In this document: one piece after another, positions 19,317-27,142 of the stretch
Layout of the letters: each line of letters begins with the position of its first letter
How positions within the stretch are numbered: the stretch's first letter is position 1
Assembly (NCBI RefSeq): GCF_000010625.1
Contig: NC_010296.1
Location: 3,540,001-3,572,000 of the forward strand
DNA: 32,000 nt
Direction of reading: 5' to 3'
From: Microcystis aeruginosa NIES-843
GTDB taxonomy: Bacteria; Cyanobacteriota; Cyanobacteriia; Cyanobacteriales; Microcystaceae
Position numbers and translations under genes: made by a program
The notes under the pieces: model-generated
Database searches by the model: none
Told to the model about the DNA's origin: nothing
What the model saw: the letters and a program-made list of their open reading frames with translations, nothing else

Positions 19317-19505
19317 TTATTGGTCACTGTTGACCGGTAACTGATCGGGAATATTGAGCAGCGGCAAGCGATCGCCCCGAAAGATTTCCTCGCTGTCTTT
19401 CCCGACTTCTATCAACCAATTATTCATAGAACGTAGTCCCAAGTAGGATAAAAGAAAGGGACTGACCGCTAGACTAAGCCAAAGCTCGATCGGTTGAGTT
19501 TTCAT
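19317..19505 (-). CDS. Hypothetical small membrane protein translationally coupled to minE
   Basis: 62-aa ORF. Its ATG overlaps the minE stop (ATGA). It has one hydrophobic segment, LWLSLAVSPFLLSYLGL. No family was recognised. Confidence 0.45.
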   Translation of the reverse strand: MKTQPIELWLSLAVSPFLLSYLGLRSMNNWLIEVGKDSEEIFRGDRLPLLNIPDQLPVNSDQ

Positions 19506-19789
19506 GGCAATTTCTCGGTTAAAGGACGGCGTTTGATCCGACGAATCGGAAAATTAGCAATCAGGGCTGTAGTCCGTTGGTCACTTTCTAAGAGTAACTC
19601 GGTTTCCTCGGTGTCGATATCAAGATAACGACCGACCACTTCTAAGATTTCTTGACGCATCATACTAAGAAGTTCGGGACTAAGATCGGCGCGATCATGG
19701 GCCAGAATAAGTTTTAAGCGTTTTTTAGCTTGGTCGCCACTTTTGCCCGAACCGCGCCATGCTAGAAGTTTATCGATCAGGTCATTCAT
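19502..19789 (-). CDS. minE: Cell division topological specificity factor MinE
   Basis: 95-aa ORF. KKRLKLILAHDRADLSPELLSMMRQEILEVVGRYLDID is typical MinE. It lies immediately downstream of minD. Confidence 0.9.
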   Translation of the reverse strand: MNDLIDKLLAWRGSGKSGDQAKKRLKLILAHDRADLSPELLSMMRQEILEVVGRYLDIDTEETELLLESDQRTTALIANFPIRRIKRRPLTEKLP

Positions 19790-19818
19790 AGTAGGTTAAG
19801 AGGTTGAGATGAGAGAGT

Positions 19819-20619
19819 TTAAGGCCCAAATAAGCGACGACGCAGACGAGTGAGAAACCCTTCCTGACCGGCCATTAAATCTAGAAACGGCACATCGCGA
19901 CCCTGTAAACGCTGGGCAATGTTTCTAAAGGCCATAGAGGGGAGAGAAGTCTTCTCCTCTAATACTAATGGTTCTCCTTTATTAGTGGAAATAATAATTC
20001 TTTGATCGTCGGGAATAATCCCCAACAGGGGAATTACCAATAAGTCGAGAATGTCCTCGACGCTGATCATCTGATTCAGTTGGATCATTTCTGGCCGCAG
20101 CCGGTTGACAATCAGACGGATACTCTTAATATCTTCGCTTTCTAGTAATCCCACCACGCGATCGGCATCTCTCACCGCCGACATTTCCGGAGTAGTAACG
20201 ATGATCGCTTCTTCAGCAGCGGCGATCGCATTGCGAAAACCCATTTCAATTCCTGCCGGGCAATCAATCAATACATAGTCGTAACTTTTTGACAATTGGG
20301 CGACTAAATCCTTCATTTGATCGGCAGTAATCGCCTCTTTGGTGCGATTTTGTGCCGCCGGTAATAAGACCAGATTTTCCTGTCTTTTATCCTTAACTAA
20401 AGCTTTATCAAGGCTACAATCTCCCGCCACCACATCGAGCGCAGTATAAACGATACGCTGTTCTAATCCTAACAATAAATCGAGATTTCTCAGTCCGAAA
20501 TCAGCATCGACAAGGGCGACTCGACAGCCTAATTGAGATAAGGCTGAACCTAAGTTCGCCGTTACTGTCGTTTTACCAACTCCTCCCTTTCCCGATGTCA
20601 CCACAATTACACGAGCCAT
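19819..20619 (-). CDS. minD: Septum site-determining ATPase MinD
   Basis: 266-aa ORF with the deviant Walker A GKGGVGKTT, the DADFGLRNLD motif, and a C-terminal amphipathic helix (LTRLRRRLFG). Confidence 0.95.
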   Translation of the reverse strand: MARVIVVTSGKGGVGKTTVTANLGSALSQLGCRVALVDADFGLRNLDLLLGLEQRIVYTALDVVAGDCSLDKALVKDKRQENLVLLPAAQNRTKEAITADQMKDLVAQLSKSYDYVLIDCPAGIEMGFRNAIAAAEEAIIVTTPEMSAVRDADRVVGLLESEDIKSIRLIVNRLRPEMIQLNQMISVEDILDLLVIPLLGIIPDDQRIIISTNKGEPLVLEEKTSLPSMAFRNIAQRLQGRDVPFLDLMAGQEGFLTRLRRRLFGP

Positions 20620-20626
20620 AATTTAT

Positions 20627-20703
20627 ATCAGTTATCAGTTACCGGTTATCAGTTATCAGTTATCAGTTATCAGCTATCAGTTATCAGTTATCAGTTATTG
20701 GTT
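20627..20703. repeat. STRR-like heptamer array (ATCAGTT)x11 in the minC-minD spacer
   Basis: Eleven contiguous 7-nt units: eight are exact ATCAGTT and three are variants (ACCGGTT, ATCAGCT, ATTGGTT). The array starts 8 nt upstream of the minD start codon. Confidence 0.95.
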
Positions 20704-20744
20704 TGATAGAGTTTTTCATTTCAACGCAGTTAATCCCTATTTTT

Positions 20745-20781
20745 ACTGTTTACTGATCACTGTTTACTGGTCACTGCTCAC
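20745..20781. repeat. Second heptamer array (ACTGNTN type) overlapping the minC stop
   Basis: ACTGTTT ACTGATC ACTGTTT ACTGGTC ACTGCTC, with 7-nt periodicity. Confidence 0.8.
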
Positions 20782-21611
20782 TTTTTTTCGACCCATCCAA
20801 CTTTATCTTTAAAGGTGTAGGTTCTGGAAAAATTATAAGCCCCAATGATGCGGATTCCTCCTTCGCTGATACAGGCAATTTCTGGTTCCATGCGATCGCT
20901 ATTCAAAGCCGGGGTGCGTGCCACTAATTCAGCGATCCTCAGTTGAGTTAAGTCGATTCGCAGGGCCATAATTACCGCTGCTCGATCGCCGCGGAATCCA
21001 GCATGGGCCACACCGCGTAAACCCCCCCAAACCAATATATCGCCATCAGCGACGATCGATCCGCCGGGGTTGACATCGCCCATGACTATAACTGTGCCCG
21101 GGTGACGGATTTCTACACCCGATCGCAGGGTAGTTTTTAAGTACAAAGGTTCGGCGAGGAGGGATGGTAGCGGTTGCTCGTCCCCGAAAACCGTGGGACT
21201 CGAGCGCATTTGTTCGACATTGTAACCCATGGTTGCCGCTGCTACTGCGGTTTGTCTTCTTTGGGTTTGGATGGTATGCAGGGGTAATTCGGCACTGTCT
21301 AAAATTGTGGCGATCGCTTGTAGTTGGCGCGTATCCATCAGGCGATCGTTGGCCTGTAGGTGTACTGGTGTTCTAGCGGGGCAGTTTTGGCCGCTATTAC
21401 GGAGATAATATTTTAATCCTGTCAAGATATCTGTCCAATCCTGACTTGTCTCCCCGGCACCGGTTTTGGGCAAAATTAGCAGCAATTTATCGCCCTCACT
21501 TTTTAAGTGGATTTGGGCGTATCTCGACATTACCGAGGCTGATGGCGCAATTTTTTCGGTTTCTGAGTCGATTTCTTGATTTATTTCGGTTTTAGTTTCA
21601 TCCATAGCCAT
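20778..21611 (-). CDS. minC: Septum site-determining protein MinC
   Basis: 277-aa ORF. The C-terminal beta-helix region VIVMGDVNPGGSIVADGDILVWGGLRGVAHAG is typical MinC. Its position upstream of minD-minE supports the call. Confidence 0.85.
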   Translation of the reverse strand: MAMDETKTEINQEIDSETEKIAPSASVMSRYAQIHLKSEGDKLLLILPKTGAGETSQDWTDILTGLKYYLRNSGQNCPARTPVHLQANDRLMDTRQLQAIATILDSAELPLHTIQTQRRQTAVAAATMGYNVEQMRSSPTVFGDEQPLPSLLAEPLYLKTTLRSGVEIRHPGTVIVMGDVNPGGSIVADGDILVWGGLRGVAHAGFRGDRAAVIMALRIDLTQLRIAELVARTPALNSDRMEPEIACISEGGIRIIGAYNFSRTYTFKDKVGWVEKK

Positions 21612-21617
21612 AATTTT

Positions 21618-21968
21618 TTACTTAAACAAGACAAAGCGTAAAATAGCGATCAGCAAACCGACGGAAGCGGTAATCAGTGAACCCCCTAAAATGGTTATCA
21701 ATGCCCAAATTTGATTTTTTTGACTGCCCTCAACTATTTTGAGGCGATTATCCATCCCTTCGACTCTTTCGGTTAATTTGGCCTGTCCTATCTCTAGGGA
21801 TTTAACATCTTGCTTGATTTCCTTAATATCAGCCTTAATTTCGACGATATTATTCTCGATCGCCGTGAAACGAGTCTCGATCGCCGTGAAACGAGTCTCG
21901 ATCGCTTTTTGTCCGTTGATAATTAAGTCTTCTAGCCTTTGCAAGTCCGTATCGGCAACAGTTTTCAT
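21618..21968 (-). CDS. Tail-anchored coiled-coil protein (XhlA-like architecture), paralog 4
   Basis: 116-aa ORF with SLEIGQAKLTERVEGMDNRL and a C-terminal TM segment IWALITILGGSLITASVGLLIAIL. It contains an in-frame 21-bp tandem duplication. Its stop lies 6 nt before the minC ATG. Confidence 0.7.
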   Translation of the reverse strand: MKTVADTDLQRLEDLIINGQKAIETRFTAIETRFTAIENNIVEIKADIKEIKQDVKSLEIGQAKLTERVEGMDNRLKIVEGSQKNQIWALITILGGSLITASVGLLIAILRFVLFK

Positions 21969-22033
21969 AAAAATTAACTGGCTATCAGTATAGATGTTTC
22001 TTTAATTATGAACCTTGAGCAGCCGGCAGCAGT

Positions 22034-22061
22034 GGGAATTAGGAATTATGAATTAGGAATT
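22034..22061. repeat. STRR-like heptamer array (GGAATTA type)
   Basis: GGGAATT AGGAATT ATGAATT AGGAATT. It lies about 70 nt upstream of the 21968 start codon. Confidence 0.8.
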
Positions 22062-22133
22062 ACGGCTGATGTGAGATAGAGAGGTTTGTAAAATCAAAGG
22101 GAGGCATCACGATAAAGGTAATCACTCCAAAGC

Positions 22134-22655
22134 ATGAGGCCTCCCATGAATAGGATAGATGCTCCCACCCTCTTGACTATTATTTATGTCCTGGTGGATG
22201 ACTGGTATCAAGAACAGGGATATCGCTTGACTCCCATGCTGCCTGGACCTGAGCCTAGTTTCAGTGATAGTGAAATGTTGACCTTTTGGTTTATTCCCTC
22301 GTCCCTGCTCATACTGACGAACGCTCCCGCAGCAGAATCCGTATTGCAGTTCATTCAAGGCAACAATATCCTAGCCGACAAGGGGTTTATTGGTACTGAT
22401 TGGCAGACTGAGATATCAAGAACCACAGGTAATCGAGTCTCTACAGCTAAGAGAGTCAATCAACATCAACAAACTTCTCCCGTCTTTGAGCGACTTCTTC
22501 AACATTTTCGAGAACGGATTGAGGGGGTTTTCAATGAGGTGCAGAATACAGGACGCAACTTGGAGCGATTGCTCAGAAAGAAAGTTGAGGGACTTTGTGT
22601 CCATCCTTTGAGCAGACTCCTGTTCAACCCTTTGGGCAACTCATATAAGGCGTGA
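22134..22655 (+). pseudogene. DDE transposase (IS4/IS5/IS982-like) with internal deletion
   Basis: The N-terminus LLTIIYVLVDDWYQ...GPEPSFSDSEMLTF and the C-terminal part ILADKGFIG...RERIEGVFNEVQN...LERLL are typical ends of DDE_Tnp_1-type transposases. Only 173 aa remain and the central catalytic region is missing. Confidence 0.6.
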
Positions 22656-22996
22656 TTTTAAAAATTAACTTAATCATAAAGAAAAATTTAACTTTCTCTT
22701 TTATAGTAAATTGCAAAACACGATCGAGCGGAAAAATTAAGGGGAAAATTTTGATACTACTTATACTAAAAGCCATCCTGATCACCCTAGCGCTCTTGCT
22801 ACTCGGTGATTTAATTTCTACGTTTCTCTACCATGTTCCAGAACACGTTTTCGGCAAGTTTCACGCTGCGGTACACCACGGCAAAAATCGGAACTTTTTT
22901 CATTACGCGTTGTTAAATCGAAATCCGCTAGTTTTACTCGATGGCTTTCTCGGCGCGCTCCCCTATAGTATATATGTATGGGGTAAGTTCAGTTAA
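22652..22996 (+). CDS. Hypothetical membrane protein fragment with histidine-box-like motif
   Basis: The first ~33 codons look non-coding (AT-rich, K/I-rich). A plausible start is TTG 22751 after AAGGGGAAAA. It has a TM segment ILITLALLLLGDLISTFLY and HVPEHVFGKFHAAVHH, reminiscent of di-iron membrane hydroxylase/desaturase His boxes. It may be truncated. Confidence 0.3.
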   Translation: MILKINLIIKKNLTFSFIVNCKTRSSGKIKGKILILLILKAILITLALLLLGDLISTFLYHVPEHVFGKFHAAVHHGKNRNFFHYALLNRNPLVLLDGFLGALPYSIYVWGKFS

Positions 22997-23065
22997 AACG
23001 CGGTAGAGAAACTGGGCAACCTTGTATGTTATTAAATTATGTAATAACATGATATGTAGTAAACT

Positions 23066-23398
23066 TTGCCTAAAATCATGAGTAACAAACAATACAATCT
23101 AACCTGGGCTAGAATAGGCAATGCTTCAGGTTTCCGTCTGAGTGCCAGTTTTTTTAAGGATAATCCCCAGTTTAAGGAAGCTAAAGGTGCTGTTGAAGTT
23201 ATCAGCCCTGATACCTTATTAGTCCGCTTACAGCCTCAATCTGTAGAACAGGAGGAAGATGAACTGATGATGAGTTTATTTTTAGATTTTCTGACCAAGC
23301 AAGCCCTATTAAATCCTGATGCTGAGTTAGAAGCTTATACGGAAGCGATGGCAGCGGTCGATGAAGAGTTGATGACAGGAGTAGAACTTGATAGTTAA
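23066..23398 (+). CDS. PrlF-like (AbrB/SpoVT-fold) type II antitoxin
   Basis: 110-aa ORF; the probable real start is ATG 23078 (MSNKQYNL). It has an N-terminal swapped-hairpin-like region, ARIGNASGFRLSASFF, and an acidic C-terminus. It overlaps the downstream YhaV-like gene by 11 nt. Confidence 0.65.
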   Translation: MPKIMSNKQYNLTWARIGNASGFRLSASFFKDNPQFKEAKGAVEVISPDTLLVRLQPQSVEQEEDELMMSLFLDFLTKQALLNPDAELEAYTEAMAAVDEELMTGVELDS

Positions 23399-23831
23399 CG
23401 GTTGGCGAATCTACTTTATTAAAAGACTTTTTGGGCAACAACGCCGCGATTTACAAGTTGAGGTTCGTAAACTAAAAAACACCTTGCCAACAGAAGCATA
23501 CCGTACTCATTCTACAGTCAAACTCTACAGGGCGATTATGGTCGCCATTAAAGAAAAAATCCCTCTCGACCCTTTTGCTTCCCATTTTGCTCTGACTGGG
23601 GCGCTCAAGCATTACGGAAGAGTCAAAAAGATGGGACTACCTGACCGTTATCGCTTATTCTTTCGGGCTATACAAACCGAGGAGTATAAAGCTATTTTTG
23701 TTTTATGGCTAGGCTATCCTCGCAAACAAGGGGATAAAAATGATTGTTATAAAGCCTTCACAAAAATGGTTGAGCGAGGTGATTTTCCCAATTCTCTTGA
23801 CGCTTTAATCCTTGATAGCCAAGAAGATTAG
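23388..23831 (+). CDS. yhaV: YhaV-family type II toxin (ribonuclease)
   Basis: 147-aa ORF. NGWRIYF..., KLKNTLPTEAY, IPLDP, RYRLFFRA...KAIFVLWLG and DCYKAFTKMVERGDFP track the E. coli YhaV sequence from memory along its whole length. Confidence 0.75.
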   Translation: MIVNGWRIYFIKRLFGQQRRDLQVEVRKLKNTLPTEAYRTHSTVKLYRAIMVAIKEKIPLDPFASHFALTGALKHYGRVKKMGLPDRYRLFFRAIQTEEYKAIFVLWLGYPRKQGDKNDCYKAFTKMVERGDFPNSLDALILDSQED

Positions 23832-23975
23832 CTAGTGATAAGGTGGTTGAAAAAGCGATCGTAACCCACAGATACACTTTCAACTGCGCCTCCACAGAAA
23901 GATTGCGATCTAACATTAGCATGAGATCGATGATCGCACTAAGATGATATGATAGTAGTGCATTTTCCTAATTAT

Positions 23976-24163
23976 GGTTCTTCGGTTTGTGTTATGCAAT
24001 GGACGGGGGTTATAAGGGATGAAACCCTTATAGAAACAGACATTACCGCAATTTTTGTCAATTGTTTGCGATCTGGAGCGAACTAATCAATTAAATCTCT
24101 TGCCAGATAAGGATTTAGTCGATTTATGCCCCCATATCGAACCATACCAAGTAACGAAGAACC
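23976..24163. mobile_element. 187-bp MITE family, copy 2
   Basis: Ends are GGTTCTTCG...CGAAGAACC. An 8-bp target duplication CTAATTAT lies at 23968-23975 and 24164-24171. The element ends 10 nt upstream of the higB ATG. Confidence 0.85.
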
Positions 24164-24173
24164 CTAATTATTT

Positions 24174-24455
24174 ATGATTAAGAGTTTTGCATCTAAGGAG
24201 ACAGAGCAGGTATTCAAACGTAAATTTTCACGAAAATTACCTCAAGATATTCAACGAAATGCTCGGAGAAAGCTAGAAGTTTTAGACGCGGCCGAAACTT
24301 TACAGGATTTATACATTCCTCCATCTAATCGGTTGGAAAAACTCTCAGGAGATAGAAAAAATCAGCATAGTATCCGAATTAACGATCAGTGGCGGATCTG
24401 TTTTATTTGGAAAAATGGCAACGCCTACAATGTAGAAATAGTCGATTATCATTAA
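24174..24455 (+). CDS. higB: HigB-type toxin (RelE/ParE superfamily, plasmid maintenance system killer)
   Basis: 93-aa ORF. MIKSFASKETEQVF...LEKLSGDRKNQHSIRINDQWRICFIW...VEIVDYH is the canonical HigB family pattern. The toxin-first gene order fits higBA. Confidence 0.9.
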   Translation: MIKSFASKETEQVFKRKFSRKLPQDIQRNARRKLEVLDAAETLQDLYIPPSNRLEKLSGDRKNQHSIRINDQWRICFIWKNGNAYNVEIVDYH

Positions 24456-24471
24456 TTGTTACTCAATAATC

Positions 24472-24786
24472 ATGACTGAGAAAAAATTATTAGCTCCCAT
24501 TCATCCTGGTGAGATTCTGTTAGAAGAATTTCTCAAACCGATGGAAATTAGCCAAGAACGTTTGGCAGAAGATCTTAATGTACCAATAGAGCAAATCAAG
24601 GAAATTATCGAGGAAAAGCGAGGAATTACTGCCGATATTGCCTTAAGGCTTTCTCGTTATTTTGGTATGTCTGAAAGGTTCTGGATGAATCTTCAAACAA
24701 GGTATGATATTGAAGTAGAAAAAGATAGGCTCAGAGAACGTTTAGAGAAGGAAGTAAAAGTCTATGCTGCTTCACAAGCACTGTAG
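24472..24786 (+). CDS. higA: HigA-type antitoxin (XRE-family HTH)
   Basis: 104-aa ORF. IHPGEILLEEFLKPMEISQERLAEDLNVP...ITADIALRLSRYFGMSERFWMNLQTRYD is the canonical HigA pattern. Confidence 0.9.
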   Translation: MTEKKLLAPIHPGEILLEEFLKPMEISQERLAEDLNVPIEQIKEIIEEKRGITADIALRLSRYFGMSERFWMNLQTRYDIEVEKDRLRERLEKEVKVYAASQAL

Positions 24787-24832
24787 CATAACCGAAAAAA
24801 TAGGGGAAGAATAATAATTTTAACCCCCCGTA

Positions 24833-24937
24833 GTGGACTGTTTCAGCTAATTTGGTGTATTAGAAAAATGCTATAAATTCTATAATCTAAGATTTTAAGC
24901 CGAAATCTATTGCCCTATTTTAGTTGAAACAGTCCAG
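24833..24937. mobile_element. 105-bp MITE derived from the adjacent IS630-family element
   Basis: It consists of the two ends of the outer IS (GTGGACTGTTTCAGCTAATTTGGTG... and ...CTATTGCCCTATTTTAGTTGAAACAGTCCAG) with 43 nt between them. It is flanked by TA at 24831-24832 and 24938-24939. Confidence 0.75.
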
Positions 24938-25680
24938 TAGTGGACTGTTTCAGCTAATTTGGTGCAATAGATTCTCCCGATTCCTCCTCCTCAAACACAG
25001 GATAAAGATGTTTCAGCTTGACCCTAGCATCGCTGGTCGTAAACGTCCATATTACTGTAGATGCAGTCTGATTACGTTCTTTTTGCCAGGTTTCTATCTC
25101 CCTTTTCAGTTCTTCCTTGCTAGAAATCCTTCTATCTAAACATTGCCTCGATAAGACGCTTAGTTCAGTTTCGGCTACATTTAACCAGCTACCATTACGA
25201 GGTGTGTAATAAATTTCCAGTCTTCTAGCTAAACGATGAGCAACGGGTGCTGGAAATGCTTCATAAAGCGAGGCTATGTTATGAGTGTTGAGATTATCAC
25301 AGACGAGCTTGACTTTTCGAGCCTTTGGATAGTCCACATCCAATAATTGACGAATTTCTTCTGCCCAATCTATTCGGGTTCGACTATCTCGGTTACTCAC
25401 CCGTCTCCATCCTCGATGGGGGTCAAAAAACATGAACAAGGCTTGAACCCCTTCACGACTATAGTGATAGTCTTCTTTTTTATCTTGTCCAGGTTGCATG
25501 GGTATCGGAGGGTAAACTTCTCCAAGTAGTTGCTTTGATGCTTCATCCATCGCGATTAACGGTTCTTCTTCCGATGGCTGAGTGCCATACAGGTCAAGGA
25601 CAACTTCCATCTGGGCAACAAATCGGGCTAAATCCTGTTCCGGAATACAGTATCTTTGGGTTTTCCAAGGGCGTAATTGG

Positions 25681-25688
25681 TTTTTTTT
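25681..25688 (-). other. Candidate -1 programmed ribosomal frameshift site (A AAA AAA C)
   Basis: This is a T8 run on the plus strand, i.e. A8 on the coding strand. The orfA frame reads CTA AAA AAA ACC. A -1 slip gives ...LKKNQLRPWKTQRY..., joining the orfA HTH region to the orfB catalytic region. Confidence 0.6.
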
Positions 25689-26111
25689 AGAGTACGCCAC
25701 ACCGTTGGACTGGAAATCTCGGTGATAATTTGTCTTTGTTTGAGTTCCGAGGTTAATAGTCGGATTGTCCACTCGGCTCGGCCAGATGGTGGCTCCGAAC
25801 AGCACAGGGCAATGATTTGGGCGGCGGCGGCTCCATCAACTTTTGCCGGAGTGGGGGGAGTTTTTCTCGATTTCCGTTCTAATGCTGGTTTTTCGCCTTT
25901 TTGAAGAAATCTTTGACGAATACGTCCCACTGTATTTCTATGAACTTCTAAAGCTTCGCCTATTTCTTCATCTGTCCATTTCCTTTTCGCCTGTTCTCCC
26001 TCGTCACACATCAGCAAAATCCGAGCGTGGAGAATTTTTTTAGCTGGTGCATAGCCATTACGACTGATTTGTTCGAGGTTTTCTCTTTGTTCCCCTGTTA
26101 GATTGACTTTA

Positions 26112-27061
26112 TAGTTATTTCAAATAAGAACGAGACACTAGGCGACACAATAAGTACGAATAATTTCATCAAGGGGTGTCCCCACAGGAGCATACATTCT
26201 TGCCCTCTTTAATGCACTAAAATCATGTTCGATATCATTTAAATCAGGAGAGTATTTTGGCAAAAACACGACCTGATGACCTGCTTCCTCTACCAGTTGT
26301 TTAATGACTGTCTTCCGATGAATTGGTGCATTATCCATAATTAATACTGATGTTATGGTTAGAGAGGGCAACAAATATAAAGATAACCACCCTTCAAAAC
26401 CTTCGGCATTCAGGCTTCTCGTAAATACCATCGGTGCAATAAAGTCTTTTTTTCCCTTTCTTCTACCAGCGACAAGGTTCTCTCTTTTTCCTCGTTTTCC
26501 TTGTCTATCTCCAAAGACTTTCTTCCCTTTTTTTGACCAAGCATAAAAACAGGCTTGAAATTCTTCAAACCCTGACTCATCAATAAATACAAGGCTTTCA
26601 CTTCCATATATTTTAATCAATTCTCTCAGCACTCTGTAGTATTTCATTCTTTCTTCTCGGTTTCTTTCTCTATAACGAAGTTCCTTCTTTTTTCTGGTAA
26701 CTTTCATGTTTTTTAAGGCATAGCAAATGGCACTTGGTCTCACTCCAAATTTCTCGGCTCTGTCTCTTAATCTTGCCTCGGGATTTTCTTGGACATCTTT
26801 TGACAGTGCTTTCCAGTCCAGCTTTCTCTGACGGTGTTTTACCTTTGTTGCTTCCAGTTTTTCCCTACCTAGCCATCTATATATCGTCGCTCTTCCTATA
26901 TTAAATAGAGCGGCGGCTTTGGTTATGCTTCCCCCATTCTCTACATAATCGATTACTTTTTTTCTCAAGTCTAGGCTATAAGACATTTTTCTGTATGGGT
27001 TGCTCGTTTCTCTTGATTTTACCTTATTTTTCCCTCGTCTCACACTTATTTGAAATGACTA
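26112..27061 (-). mobile_element. IS630-family insertion sequence (inner element, 950 bp) nested in the outer IS
   Basis: TIRs are TAGTTATTTCAAATAAG (26112-26128) and the reverse complement of 27045-27061, TAGTCATTTCAAATAAG. A TA target duplication lies at 26110-26111 and 27062-27063. Removing the element plus one TA restores the outer orfA reading frame. Confidence 0.85.
26138..26986 (-). CDS. IS630-family transposase (apparently intact)
   Basis: The track ORF is 301 aa from 27043. The probable start is the internal ATG at 26984-26986 (MSYSLDLRKKVIDYV). It has an HTH (ITKAAALFNIGRATIYRW) and a DDE/D triad context (FIDESG, IMDNAPIH, YSPDLNDIEHDF). Confidence 0.85.
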   Translation of the reverse strand: MSYSLDLRKKVIDYVENGGSITKAAALFNIGRATIYRWLGREKLEATKVKHRQRKLDWKALSKDVQENPEARLRDRAEKFGVRPSAICYALKNMKVTRKKKELRYRERNREERMKYYRVLRELIKIYGSESLVFIDESGFEEFQACFYAWSKKGKKVFGDRQGKRGKRENLVAGRRKGKKDFIAPMVFTRSLNAEGFEGWLSLYLLPSLTITSVLIMDNAPIHRKTVIKQLVEEAGHQVVFLPKYSPDLNDIEHDFSALKRARMYAPVGTPLDEIIRTYCVA

Positions 27062-27142
27062 TATCTCGCCGACCTCTTCCCATGATTGATGTCCTCTGCT
27101 TGTTCGAGCTATTGCCCTATTTTAGCTGAAACAGTCCAGTAG

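Larger units (their letters stand above)
24954..27083 (-). pseudogene. IS630-family transposase (orfA/orfB with -1 frameshift site), disrupted by nested IS
   Basis: orfA reads MGRGRRD|KVNLTGEQRENLEQISRNGYAPAKKILHARILLMCDEG... and is split after codon 7 by the 26112-27061 insertion. orfB (24954-25805) carries DDE_3-type motifs (MDEASK, VCDNLNTH, WLNVAETE). The two frames overlap at an A8 run. Confidence 0.8.
24940..27139 (-). mobile_element. IS630-family insertion sequence (outer element, about 1248 bp without its nested insert)
   Basis: The TIRs share 17 of the first 18 nt, GTGGACTGTTTCAGCTAA versus CTGGACTGTTTCAGCTAA, and again share GCAATAG further in. TA dinucleotides flank it at 24938-24939 and 27140-27141. 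It encodes a two-frame IS630/Tc1-type transposase. Confidence 0.85.
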
